From: Deltaproteobacteria bacterium
GTDB lineage: Bacteria; Myxococcota; Kuafuiibacteriia; Kuafuiibacteriales; Kuafuiibacteriaceae
Reading direction: 5' to 3'
Assembly: GCA_040218735.1 (NCBI GenBank)
Contig: JAVJQW010000015.1
Coordinates: forward strand, 1-64,000
DNA length: 64,000 bases
The translations under genes and the position numbers were made by a program. Under the pieces are notes generated by a model. That model saw nothing but the letters and a program-made list of their open reading frames with translations. It did no database searches and was not told the DNA's origin. How positions within the stretch are numbered: position 1 is the stretch's first letter; each line of letters opens with the position of its first letter. Shown here in pieces: positions 1 to 9,074 of the stretch.

Positions 1-200
1 TCGGGCGCGGCGATTCCGACAGCCGGACCGCCACGCCGATGCACCCAGGTACTGCCGAGCGTCGCAACGCGATCCCCGCGCCGGACGGTCGCCCGGCAAG
101 CCGAACCGAGGTCGCCGCGCCCGATGTCGGAGCGGAGTGGGAACCTGGGCAGCGCGTCGCATTGGCGGGGCGTTGGGTCGAAGCTCCACGGGTCACACCA

Positions 201-500
201 CTCATCAGATCGCTGGTGAGCGGCAACTCGAGATGCGGAGCGGCGGCGGCGGGCGGGGACCTCTCCGTAGGGAATCAGTTCGGCTCGCCCACCGCGGCCA
301 TCAGCGAAGCCGAAGGGCCACACCCGGCGAGACGAACGGCTTCTGACCGGAGGGGAGGTCCCCGGCCGTCGCCGAAAGCGAAGCCGAGCCTGGGCACTCC
401 CTGGCCGGCTATCTGATACGGCCTCCTATTCCGAAGCTCGCCTCCGGAGGAGGCGTGTCTGAGGAGTGTGCCAAGCGCTCCCGCGAAGCGGGAGGGCGTT
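201..500. other. Hairpin-rich non-coding region (candidate structured RNA or palindromic element)
   Basis: 23-nt arms 244-266 and 352-374 pair with 1 mismatch and 2 G-T pairs; inner arms GTTCGGCTCGCC/GGCGAGACGAAC; further hairpins at 201-220, ~382-410, 439-455 and 478-494; no convincing ORF. Confidence 0.4.
478..494 (-). terminator. Possible terminator hairpin after the M48-TerB gene
   Basis: CTCCCGC-GAA-GCGGGAG just past the stop at 506; no U-tract. Confidence 0.3.
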
Positions 501-505
501 ACGGC

Positions 506-1762
506 CTAGTCCATCGGGTGCGCGGCGCCGCGTAGCGTTTCGTCGATGAGGGTCGTCGGGACCTCGAGCTGCGCCGCGACGTGGAACATCGCCGCGAGCT
601 CGCGGTCGTCCACTTCCCCGTCCGCGGCCGCGATGATCGTCAGGTGCTGGACGAGCCGCATCCGCTCCACCACTGGCACCGCTTCCTTTACGCGCTCGAC
701 CGCTTTGTCGAGGCCGGCGATCGTCTGGTCGACGTCGATGCGCTGGTGCACCGAGTCGGCGCCGAGCATCGCGCGCAAGGCGTCGATCTCCTGCGGCACG
801 ACCTCGTCGTTTGCCTTCGCGACGAACAACCCGGCCGCGAGCAACAGGTCGCGCATCAGATCCGAGCTCGCCGACTTCTCCTGCAGGTAGGTCGGCTCCA
901 TCATCGCCATGTCGCGGTCGACGATCGCTTCCAGCTCGTCGGTCGTCATGCCCTCGCGCTTCTGCCCGGTCGCGTCGTAGTAGGCCTGCGATCTCCGGAA
1001 CGCCGACAGCGCGCGGAGGCGCAGCGGGTTGTAGGGGTGCGTCGAGAAGCAGTCGAGGCTGTCGTCGACGACGTCGCGCGGGTCGGCGCGCGCCGCGGGC
1101 GCCGACGCCATCGAGTCCACCTGATCCGCGAGCGCGTCCAGGTCCACTTGGATGTGCTCGCTCGACAGGCCACTCGCGAGCTTGAAGAACCCGGAGGCCG
1201 CCGCCGACGGGTCCGAGATGCACAGCAGACCCACGCGGTCCGCGGACAGCTCCGCCGCGCGGGCCCACAGGTAGAGATCGAGCGCGGTGGGGCGCGACAC
1301 GATGCGCCCCGCCATGTCTTCCATCATCGCCACGTGCGGCATCGGGATGCCGAAGTGGTCGTAGACGATGTGACCGAGCTCGTGCCCGATCACAAACGTC
1401 AGCTCCTCGGGCGTGAACCGCTCGACGAGCTCCGACGACAGCCCGATCGCGATGCGCCCCGCGGGGTCCTTCGCGCAGAACGCGTTGACCACCGGCATCG
1501 ACTTCACGAACACCTCGACCGGTTCGTCGAAGTCGAGCGCCTCACGGCACTGGTTCAGCGCGCGGGTGACCGTCGGTACCATGTTCGGTCTGAGCCGAAG
1601 GGCACCCGCGAGCAGGCTGCGTCGCATGTGAAAGCCGAAGCCGCTGCTCCGCTCTTCGAGCTTCTCGAGCGCGCGCTCCACACCGGAATCCTTCGCGAGA
1701 CGCTCGCGGAGGTTCTTGTCGTAGCGCGCTTGGAGGTCGAGCAGTCGCTTCGGCGTTCCCAT
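506..1762 (-). CDS. M48-family zinc metallopeptidase with C-terminal TerB-like domain
   Basis: VNAF, GHELGH (HExxH), ELSADR and STHP motifs; C-terminal IAAADGEVDDRE TerB-like motif; ATG 2 nt after the upstream stop. Confidence 0.85.
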   Translation of the reverse strand: MGTPKRLLDLQARYDKNLRERLAKDSGVERALEKLEERSSGFGFHMRRSLLAGALRLRPNMVPTVTRALNQCREALDFDEPVEVFVKSMPVVNAFCAKDPAGRIAIGLSSELVERFTPEELTFVIGHELGHIVYDHFGIPMPHVAMMEDMAGRIVSRPTALDLYLWARAAELSADRVGLLCISDPSAAASGFFKLASGLSSEHIQVDLDALADQVDSMASAPAARADPRDVVDDSLDCFSTHPYNPLRLRALSAFRRSQAYYDATGQKREGMTTDELEAIVDRDMAMMEPTYLQEKSASSDLMRDLLLAAGLFVAKANDEVVPQEIDALRAMLGADSVHQRIDVDQTIAGLDKAVERVKEAVPVVERMRLVQHLTIIAAADGEVDDRELAAMFHVAAQLEVPTTLIDETLRGAAHPMD

Positions 1763-1764
1763 GA

Positions 1765-2202
1765 TCAGGTCGCGTACTTGAGGCTGAAGACTTCGAGCAC
1801 CTTCGTCGCGAGGTCGTCCGAGATGCCGAGGACACGCTGCATCGCCTCGAGGAGCTCCTCCTCCGACGCGTCGACGTCGCCCGAAGCGAACGCCATGTCG
1901 ACCGCGAGGATGAAGCACTTCTTCTTCACCGCGTCGCTTTCGATCTCGCCGAGCGCCTTCACGGACTCCTTGAGCGTTCCGAAGCGCGCGGCGACCTTCT
2001 TGGCCTGGTCGAAGACCGTGCCGAAGTCCTTGTTCTTGAACTCGGGCAGCGTGTTGATGAAGCCTTCGATCGTCGCGATCTCCGACGCCTCGATGACGCC
2101 GTCCGCGCCGGCCATCAGCATGAGGCTGTGCATGAGGAGCGCGTCGTCGCCCGCCTTCTTGACGACCTGCTCTTTACCGAGAAGTTTGTTGAAAAGACCC
2201 AT
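1765..2202 (-). CDS. TerB-family (tellurite resistance-like) protein
   Basis: MAGADGVIEASE and MAFASGDVDASEEELL repeats; AAAGGAG RBS before the ATG. Confidence 0.85.
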   Translation of the reverse strand: MGLFNKLLGKEQVVKKAGDDALLMHSLMLMAGADGVIEASEIATIEGFINTLPEFKNKDFGTVFDQAKKVAARFGTLKESVKALGEIESDAVKKKCFILAVDMAFASGDVDASEEELLEAMQRVLGISDDLATKVLEVFSLKYAT

Positions 2203-2297
2203 CGTTTCTCCCTTTCGCCCGTTGAGTTGGGGACTCGTCTTACGTGCGCGGGGAGTCGACCTTCCCCCGGGAAAAAGCGCAAGGTGGGCCAGATGGG

Positions 2298-3020
2298 TCA
2301 GCGAGCGTCGACTCGGCGCGTGATCACGTCGATCACCCCCGACGTGCCGCGTTCGAACGCGAGGGACCCCTCCAGCGCGGCCAGCGCCGCCTCGGACTCG
2401 GCCACGACGACCGCGATCCGATCCCGAGTCCCGCGCCCTTCGAGCAGCGCCCGCCCGGACACGTGGAGCCGAAACGCGACCGTCCCCGCGTCGCGCACCG
2501 CCTCGACGCGCGTCGGCGCGCGCCGGTAGGTGCCCTGCGGCGTCTCGACGAACACACCCGCCGTCACGTCTGCGCCGAGCGCGCTCGGCGAAGTGGGACG
2601 CAACACCAGGCGAAGGTTCGTGCTCGTCGCGACGGTCAGACGATCCGTCGTCGGCGTCGCCTCCCCCATGTGCTCGGCGACGACGCCCTTCACCTCGACG
2701 ATCGCGTAACCCGGAGGCGTCGATCGATCGATTCCGTTCGTCGCAAAGAAGATCGCGAGCGCCGCCGCGATGGCACCTGCCCAAACGTACGGGCGCCGCG
2801 GCTCGGGCTTCGGGAGATCTTCACGGTAGGCGTCGAGCAACGCACGGCACGACGTGCAACGCTCGAGGTGGGCATCGACCGGCGCACGACGGTCGCTTGC
2901 GAGGTGACCCCGACTCAGGGCCAGGAGATCGGCCTGATCGATGTCGCGCTCGTCGACGCAGTCCGCGTCGTCTGCGAACGCGAGTATCTGCAGGAGCTGC
3001 TCGTCGGTTGGCCGTTCCAT
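2298..3020 (-). CDS. Putative zf-HC2 anti-sigma factor with TM helix and extracytoplasmic domain
   Basis: HLERCTSC (HxxxCxxC), TM segment YVWAGAIAAALAIFF, directly downstream of an ECF sigma gene. Confidence 0.75.
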   Translation of the reverse strand: MERPTDEQLLQILAFADDADCVDERDIDQADLLALSRGHLASDRRAPVDAHLERCTSCRALLDAYREDLPKPEPRRPYVWAGAIAAALAIFFATNGIDRSTPPGYAIVEVKGVVAEHMGEATPTTDRLTVATSTNLRLVLRPTSPSALGADVTAGVFVETPQGTYRRAPTRVEAVRDAGTVAFRLHVSGRALLEGRGTRDRIAVVVAESEAALAALEGSLAFERGTSGVIDVITRRVDAR

Positions 3021-3040
3021 TCGCACCGTCTCATCCGTCC

Positions 3041-3643
3041 CTACGCGTTCGCGTCACGGATTCTCTCCCAACATTCGCGCGCGCGCGCCAACAACCGGTG
3101 TCGCCACCGGAAGATTTGCTGGCGACTCATCTGTGTCGTCTCCACGACGGCGTCCGTCGTGCGCTGCTCGCGCAGGATCAGCCGGACCATCCTGCGCGCG
3201 AGGTCCGTCGTGAACGCTTCTTCGACGCAGGCGAGGATTCGACGCGCGAGCTCACGCGCTTCGAGGATCTCATCGGGACGCGTCGCACCCTCCGGTTCCG
3301 GTGCCTCGTCCTCGGACACTGGTCTTCCGAACAGGCCGAGCCGACGGAGCTCCTTGCGCTCGTACTCGCTGACGCGCCACACCGCGAAGTTCTTGATCAG
3401 GCTCTCGAGGCTCGACCGCTCCGCGTCCCAGCCGCGGATACGCGCGCAGTCATCGTCGAAGAGCTGCCTCCACACGTCGTTGACGATGTCGTCCTGACCA
3501 CGCTCGCCGATCCTTCGTCCAGGCCAAGCGCGGAGCCGGTACCGGACGACGCCGCGAACGATCGGCTCGAGTCGACGCACGAAGCGAGTCTTCGCGAGCT
3601 CGTCGCCCGCGAGGACTCTTCTGAGGAGCTCGCCGTCGTCCAT
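3041..3643 (-). CDS. ECF RNA polymerase sigma factor
   Basis: DDGELLRRVLAGDELA region 1.2, QDDIVNDVWRQLF region 2, C-terminal HTH IFRWRHRL; upstream of the anti-sigma. Confidence 0.8.
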   Translation of the reverse strand: MDDGELLRRVLAGDELAKTRFVRRLEPIVRGVVRYRLRAWPGRRIGERGQDDIVNDVWRQLFDDDCARIRGWDAERSSLESLIKNFAVWRVSEYERKELRRLGLFGRPVSEDEAPEPEGATRPDEILEARELARRILACVEEAFTTDLARRMVRLILREQRTTDAVVETTQMSRQQIFRWRHRLLARARECWERIRDANA

Positions 3644-3681
3644 GCCCGATTCGGCGCGGAGCCTTGCACGAGACTCCGTGG

Positions 3682-3730
3682 CGTCCAAGGACTTGGACGG
3701 TCGCCGTACGCCGCGTTCCAGGATCTTGGA
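3682..3730. promoter_or_regulatory. Two related palindromes in the divergent promoter region
   Basis: CGTCCAAG-GA-CTTGGACG (3682-3699) and TCCAGGATCTTGGA (3717-3730). Confidence 0.35.
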
Positions 3731-3847
3731 CATCTGACCCCGGTCGCGACGTCTGCCGGGTTGGCCCGCCGTTTGTAATTGCTCCGGTCGAACCTGAAAC
3801 CCGCCGCGGACGCGCTCCGCGGGCGGCTCTCGACTGGAGCTTTCGAA

Positions 3848-4252
3848 ATGAAAACGACGAACCTCGTCGGGCGCACCGGTGCGCTCGCGCTGGGACTGGC
3901 TTGCCTTTTTGCGATCTCGGCGTCCGACGCCGAGGCGAACGGCTTCTGCCCCGACTGCGACGGACTCACCGCGGGCATCATCCTCGACTTCACGAACGAC
4001 GAGTTCGAGCTGGCGATCGAGTCGTTCGCCAACTTCGACTTCGGCACCGCCGACAGCGTCGAGCTCCTCATCGAGGAGGGGGCGACCCAGGAGTGGATCC
4101 CGGTCTCGTTCGTCCTCGACGACATCGAGAACGGCGTCTACGAGGAAGGCGATCTGCCGACCTCGCTCACCGGCTCGGGCACCGAGGTGTGGCTGCACGT
4201 CTACGACTCGGGGTCGAGCGACGAGACCTTCGTCGAAGTCCGGATCCAGTGA
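3848..4252 (+). CDS. Small acidic secreted hypothetical protein
   Basis: Signal peptide ending AEA, CPDC motif, very D/E-rich, GC3-biased codons, GGAG RBS. Confidence 0.75.
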   Translation: MKTTNLVGRTGALALGLACLFAISASDAEANGFCPDCDGLTAGIILDFTNDEFELAIESFANFDFGTADSVELLIEEGATQEWIPVSFVLDDIENGVYEEGDLPTSLTGSGTEVWLHVYDSGSSDETFVEVRIQ

Positions 4253-4312
4253 CTCCGGGCGTATGCTCCGCTGGACGCTCCTGCGTCCGGCGGGGCATCA
4301 TCCCGGGCCATC

Positions 4313-4681
4313 GTGAACCGTGGGTGCCTGTCCTTCGCCGTCGTGGCGCTGAGTGCCTTCGCCTGCCGGGCCGAAGTCGGTGTGTCGGGGGGCCATGAGC
4401 ACAGCTGCGCCCCCGACGCGCCGCGCGTTCAGCTCCGTGGTTACAGATCCATGGCGCGCGACACCGCCGACGGCTTCGCCGGACTCCCCGCGGTACTCGT
4501 GCACCTCGGTGTGAAGAACGTCGTCGCGACGACGCGCGTCCAAGAGGACGGCGAGATCTCCGACTTCGTGCATGCGTTCTTCCGAAGCGGTGCGCTTCGC
4601 GAACCGGCCAGCGCGTTCCGCCGCGCCGCGGCGGCGTCCGAAGACGACCACGCCGAGGTCGTCCGGCTGTGGGGGCGCTGA
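4313..4681 (+). pseudogene. Internally deleted paralog of the downstream CHAT gene (N-terminus joined to C-terminus)
   Basis: LRGYRSMARD matches LRGYRSKARD in the next gene; GLPAVLVHLGVKNVVATTRVQEDGEIS...RLWGR matches its C-terminus. Confidence 0.7.
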
Positions 4682-4684
4682 TTC

Positions 4685-7180
4685 GTGCGGCGCCTCCTCC
4701 CCATCCTATGTCTCGCCGCGTGTTCGTCGGACGCGAAGCAAGAGGTCGTCTGCGCCCCGCGTGCGTTCGACGCCACTGCGGTTCATCTCCGCGGCTACCG
4801 CTCGAAGGCGCGGGACGCATCCGGACACTTCGCCTGGTACGACGCCGACAAGGCGCTGACCGTCGTCGTCCCTCGAATCGATGTGTCCCACGTTCGCCTC
4901 GTGGGTCCGTCGGGTGAGCCGGTTCCGTTCGTCGCCGAGGCCGAGGACGACGAGCTGCGCCTGCGCATCGCGTCGGCGCCCCCCAACAGCGTCGACCTCC
5001 AGCTGGACGGTGATTCCCTGAGGGCGTTCCGCCTCCGCCCCGTCCCCACCGAGCCCGATGATGCGATGCATCGGTTCTTCGCGGATGTCGACGCCTCGAA
5101 GAAGGACTGGCGCAGCCACGGCGTCGCGCGCGCCGGCGAATGGTTGGCGCTCGCGGATCGGCCCGAGTCGGCCCTCGCGGAGGGGGAGGCGGCGCGCATC
5201 GTCGCGAACGCGGCGTACGTCCACTACAACAGCGGCGACTTCGAGCGTGGCGTCGAGCTGCTCGACCGGGCAGAGCTCCTCGCGTATCGCGCCGACGACT
5301 CGCTTCGCCTCGGATACCTGCTCTACCACCGCGCGCAGCTCGCGCACGAAGCGGGGGCGTTCGTCTCGGCGATCGCGCGCTACCGCGACGCGCTGCGCAC
5401 CGCGACGGATCTCCAGGAGCCGATGCTCGAAGAGGCCGCTGCGTTTCGCCTCGCCGCGCTCCTCACGGACCTCGGTCGGCACGGCGAGGCCCTCGAGCTC
5501 CTCGGTCGTCGTCGCCACAAGATGTCGGAGCAGGACTGGGAGACGAACGCCATCACGGTTCGACTCGGCGCGATGGACGCGGGGCTCCTCCCGCTCGACC
5601 TCGAGGCCATCCGCGTCGCCTACGCGACGACCGCGGAGCGCCTCGCGGCCGACGGCGACCCCGGCTCCGTCGCGAACATGCGGATGCGCGAGGCCGCGGT
5701 TCTCCTGCGGCAGGGGCACGTCGCGAAGGCGCGGGCTCGACTCGACGCCATCCTCGCGGACGTCACCGGCATCCGCGTGGGCCTCGCCAACCTCGTCTAC
5801 GCGCGCGCGCTCATCCTCGAGGGCCGCTTCGACGACGCCGAGGCGCGCATCGAAACGGTGGAGCGCCGCGACCACGACATCGAGCGGTGTGAGTCGAAGC
5901 GGATGCGAGGCTTGCTCGCGCAAGCGCGCGGTCGACTGGAGCGCGCCGTCGAGCGCTACCAGAGCGCGATCGACTGCTTCGAGGCGATCGATCGGCAGTT
6001 CGCTTCGTTCGGCGCGCAGGCGCAGTTCGCGTTCGCGCAGCGTGGACCGCAGGAGGATCTCGCTCGCGCGCTCGTGGCGGTCGGTCGGCGCGTCGACGCC
6101 TTCCTCGTCGCCGACCGCGAACGGGCGGCGATCTTGGAGCGGCACGTCACGGCGCAGGACATCAACGACCACCTCACCGCGTGGGTCGCGTACCAGACGG
6201 CGCGCGCCGCCTTCGACAAGGCCAAAGACGACGGGTGCGCGGTTCACATGCCGGGTCCGTCACATCGCGCTTGTCGTCAGCGCTTGGAGGCGGCGAAGCA
6301 GACCTCCGAACGGGCGCTCGCCGACCTCATGTCCGCCCTGCCGGATCGGAAGGGCCGCGCGCGCGACCGCGCCTGGCTCGCGCGTCTGCAGGAAGTCCTC
6401 GGTGACCGGCGGGCGCTGTTGCTCGTGGTCGGTCACGGCGAAGACGCGCTCCACCTCCTCGTGGACGACGAAGGTGTGTTCGCGGAGGAGGCCGCCGATC
6501 CGATCGCCGCCTGGTCCGAACGTCTACGCGGTGTCGAGCACCTGTTCGTGGTGCCCGACTGGCACCCCGCCTCCTACGACCCCTTCGGCACAGAGCGCAG
6601 CTTCTCGGTGAGCTTGCTCCCGCACGCCGACGTGCTCCTGCATGACGTCAGCAAACACGACGGTCCGCGCATCGTCGTGGCCGATCCCGACGGGACGCTC
6701 CCGCGTTCCGCCGAGGAGGGCGTCGAGGTTCAAAAGGCGATCGGCGGGCGCCTCGAAAAGAGCGCGAACCGCGCGGCGCTCCTCGGTGCGTATCGTTCGG
6801 CGTCGGTCCTGCACTACGTCGGCCACGCGACGGGGCGCGAAGGCGATCCGTGGAGCGTCGAGCTCCGCTTGGCCGGCGGTGAGTCCGTGAGCCTCTTCGA
6901 TCTGCTCTCCGGCGATCGCCGGCCCGAGCTCGTGGTCCTCAACGGCTGCGCGACGGGCCCGCCGTCGCTCGCGGGCGGCGGTGGCCTGCCCGCAGCGCTC
7001 GTTCACCTCGGCGTGAAGAACGTCGTCGCGACGACGCGCGTGCAGGAGGACGGCGAGATCTCCGGGTTCGTGCACGCCTTCTACGCGAAGGGTGCGTTGG
7101 AAGATCCGGCGGTAGCGTTCCAGGAGGCCGCGACGAGCTGTGGTGACTGCGCCGAGATCGTTCGGTTGTGGGGGCGCTGA
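4685..7180 (+). CDS. TPR + CHAT (caspase-like) protease, lipoprotein-like N-terminus
   Basis: LAAC lipobox, helical TPR-like repeats, IVVADPDGTLP, LHYVGHA (His) and VLNGCATG (Cys) dyad. Confidence 0.85.
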   Translation: MRRLLPILCLAACSSDAKQEVVCAPRAFDATAVHLRGYRSKARDASGHFAWYDADKALTVVVPRIDVSHVRLVGPSGEPVPFVAEAEDDELRLRIASAPPNSVDLQLDGDSLRAFRLRPVPTEPDDAMHRFFADVDASKKDWRSHGVARAGEWLALADRPESALAEGEAARIVANAAYVHYNSGDFERGVELLDRAELLAYRADDSLRLGYLLYHRAQLAHEAGAFVSAIARYRDALRTATDLQEPMLEEAAAFRLAALLTDLGRHGEALELLGRRRHKMSEQDWETNAITVRLGAMDAGLLPLDLEAIRVAYATTAERLAADGDPGSVANMRMREAAVLLRQGHVAKARARLDAILADVTGIRVGLANLVYARALILEGRFDDAEARIETVERRDHDIERCESKRMRGLLAQARGRLERAVERYQSAIDCFEAIDRQFASFGAQAQFAFAQRGPQEDLARALVAVGRRVDAFLVADRERAAILERHVTAQDINDHLTAWVAYQTARAAFDKAKDDGCAVHMPGPSHRACRQRLEAAKQTSERALADLMSALPDRKGRARDRAWLARLQEVLGDRRALLLVVGHGEDALHLLVDDEGVFAEEAADPIAAWSERLRGVEHLFVVPDWHPASYDPFGTERSFSVSLLPHADVLLHDVSKHDGPRIVVADPDGTLPRSAEEGVEVQKAIGGRLEKSANRAALLGAYRSASVLHYVGHATGREGDPWSVELRLAGGESVSLFDLLSGDRRPELVVLNGCATGPPSLAGGGGLPAALVHLGVKNVVATTRVQEDGEISGFVHAFYAKGALEDPAVAFQEAATSCGDCAEIVRLWGR

Positions 7181-7190
7181 TCGGTCGCGG

Positions 7191-8234
7191 TCAGGGTGCA
7201 GCGGGGGGCTCGGCGCACGCGCCGAGCTGCTTCCTCAGATAGTCGAGCGGCACCGCCATCTCCAAACGGAAGCGATCACCGTCCGGGATCACCTTCGCCA
7301 TGTCGAGGAGCTGAGACAGCTCGTCGTCGCCGTCGGTGCGCGCCTTGATGCGCGCGACGGAGAGCGCGGCGCCGATCATTACGCCGAGCTCCTCGACGGC
7401 GGCCGGGTCGTCGCCGCGTACGTCGAACACCGCGCCGACGTCGGAGCGGGTGTCGAGGTGCAGCTCGATGTCCTGCGCGGCGGCGAGGAGCTGCTCTTCG
7501 AGGCCGTCGCGGGGCGGGAGCATTCGGGCGAGTAGCTCGGGGCCGACGTAGCCGTACGCTTCTCCGTACGCCGCGGACTCCGGGAGCGCCGACTCCGTGA
7601 CGGGCGTGCGGCCTTCGAGACGATCCAACGCGCCCTGCGCCTCTTCGAGGGAGTCGGCGAAGATCACCATCTCATCGTTCCACGTCGCCGCGTACTGACC
7701 GTCGGCGTACTCGAGGAGGGTGCCCTGGTCGCCGTAGCTCGCCTGGCTCTTCAGACCGTCGAGCGCAGACGTGTCGAAGTCGGCGAAGTCGCCGGAGACC
7801 AGCACGGTCTCGTTGGGGCCGAGGACGAAGCGATCGAGATCCTGCAGCGGATCCACGCCGAACTTGTCGCGGAGCTCTTGGAGCTTCTGCTTCGCGTCTT
7901 CGTCCATGCAGCGCAGGAACATCTCCGCGGCGGGGCTGTGCCGGATCGCGTTGAGCTCGACGACGACGGCGTCGTCGCCCGGTCCGCGAGGGGGGAGCGC
8001 GCGGAGGACGGGGTCCTGCACCTCGACGATCGGTGGGGCGTCGGGGCTCGCCGGTTTGCGAGGGAGGAGCGTGCGCCGTCGGTGCATACGTTTGACGTCG
8101 TCGGGCGTGGCGCGCCGCGGGAGGTGAACGTCGGTGCGCTTGGGGCCGGTGTCCACCGACTCGCCGCCGCGCATCAACCAGGCGGCGGCGACGAGGAGCA
8201 CGACGGCGAGGAGGAGCCAGCCCAGGCGTTTCAT
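7191..8234 (-). CDS. Membrane-anchored hypothetical protein in the ABC operon
   Basis: N-terminal hydrophobic anchor; 3 nt downstream of the permease. Confidence 0.75.
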   Translation of the reverse strand: MKRLGWLLLAVVLLVAAAWLMRGGESVDTGPKRTDVHLPRRATPDDVKRMHRRRTLLPRKPASPDAPPIVEVQDPVLRALPPRGPGDDAVVVELNAIRHSPAAEMFLRCMDEDAKQKLQELRDKFGVDPLQDLDRFVLGPNETVLVSGDFADFDTSALDGLKSQASYGDQGTLLEYADGQYAATWNDEMVIFADSLEEAQGALDRLEGRTPVTESALPESAAYGEAYGYVGPELLARMLPPRDGLEEQLLAAAQDIELHLDTRSDVGAVFDVRGDDPAAVEELGVMIGAALSVARIKARTDGDDELSQLLDMAKVIPDGDRFRLEMAVPLDYLRKQLGACAEPPAAP

Positions 8235-8237
8235 GCG

Positions 8238-9074
8238 TTAGAAGTCCATCCGTTCGAATCGCCACACACCCAGCGCCACCATCGCGACGCCGAACAGCAC
8301 CATCCCGCCCATTGTGCGCGCCAGGGCGCCGCTGTCCACCGGCGTCGAAGCCGCGATGTCCATCGCGAGCTGCCCGACGGTCGCCACGGGGGGCAGGAAC
8401 ATCGTCACCCACTCGAAGACCTGGCGCGCGAAGTCGGAGGAGAACGACGGCGAGATCTCGTACCTGAAGCTCGCGACGATCCCCGCCGCGAACAGCAGCA
8501 ACCCCGCGAACGCCGACGCGGCGGCGGAGCGCACGAAGACCGCGCAGGTGAGCATCGCGCCGTAGAGCGCCGCGAAGGTCAGCGCGCCGAGGAGGCCGGC
8601 GTAGACGAGGTCGGCGACGTAGGCGCCGGTCTTCACGCCGAGCACCAGGACGAAGCCGCCCGCCGCGAACAAAAACGCGACGGCCGCGATGATCAGCACG
8701 CCGACGTACGTCCCGAGGAGCAGCGAAGCGCGCCGCACCGGGAGCGACAGAAGGTGTTCGATGCGACCGGGCGCGAGGAGGCTCGGCGCGAAGTCGGCGG
8801 TGACGAGCGCGCCGAAGAACAGCCCGCCGAAGAAGATGAAGAACGACACGCCGCGAAACAGCGGGCGCAGCGCGACGTCGACCGCCTGCACCGTGACCTC
8901 GCGCTCCTCCTGACCGAACAGCTTCACCGCCGCGAGCGCGCCGTCCACCACGCGCATCTCCAGCGACAGGCCCACGGTGATCAGCAGCGCGGCGATCAGC
9001 GCGAAGAGCGCGAGCAACCACCGTCGCGAGGCTGCTTCGCGGAGGACGTCGAGCGCCACGTACCACGCCGTCAT
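8238..9074 (-). CDS. ABC transporter permease
   Basis: About 6 TM helices, GRIEHLLSLPVRR motif, overlaps the ATPase stop. Confidence 0.85.
   Translation of the reverse strand: MTAWYVALDVLREAASRRWLLALFALIAALLITVGLSLEMRVVDGALAAVKLFGQEEREVTVQAVDVALRPLFRGVSFFIFFGGLFFGALVTADFAPSLLAPGRIEHLLSLPVRRASLLLGTYVGVLIIAAVAFLFAAGGFVLVLGVKTGAYVADLVYAGLLGALTFAALYGAMLTCAVFVRSAAASAFAGLLLFAAGIVASFRYEISPSFSSDFARQVFEWVTMFLPPVATVGQLAMDIAASTPVDSGALARTMGGMVLFGVAMVALGVWRFERMDF

Noticed and set aside
121-153. CCGATGTCG half-site (also inside CDSs near 28541 and 43794)
   Set aside because: No CGGCTG at the 18-nt spacing; half-sites are expected by chance in GC-rich DNA
201-208. CTGATGAG on the - strand, resembling a hammerhead ribozyme core
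   Set aside because: No stem II followed by GAAA; it is one arm of a simple hairpin
244-374. Retron msr/msd or SRP RNA identity for the long hairpin
   Set aside because: No reverse transcriptase in the window and no SRP GGAA/GCAG loop; identity left open
39-416. 125-aa + strand ORF
   Set aside because: No RBS, weak codon bias, no motifs, and it lies across the hairpin region
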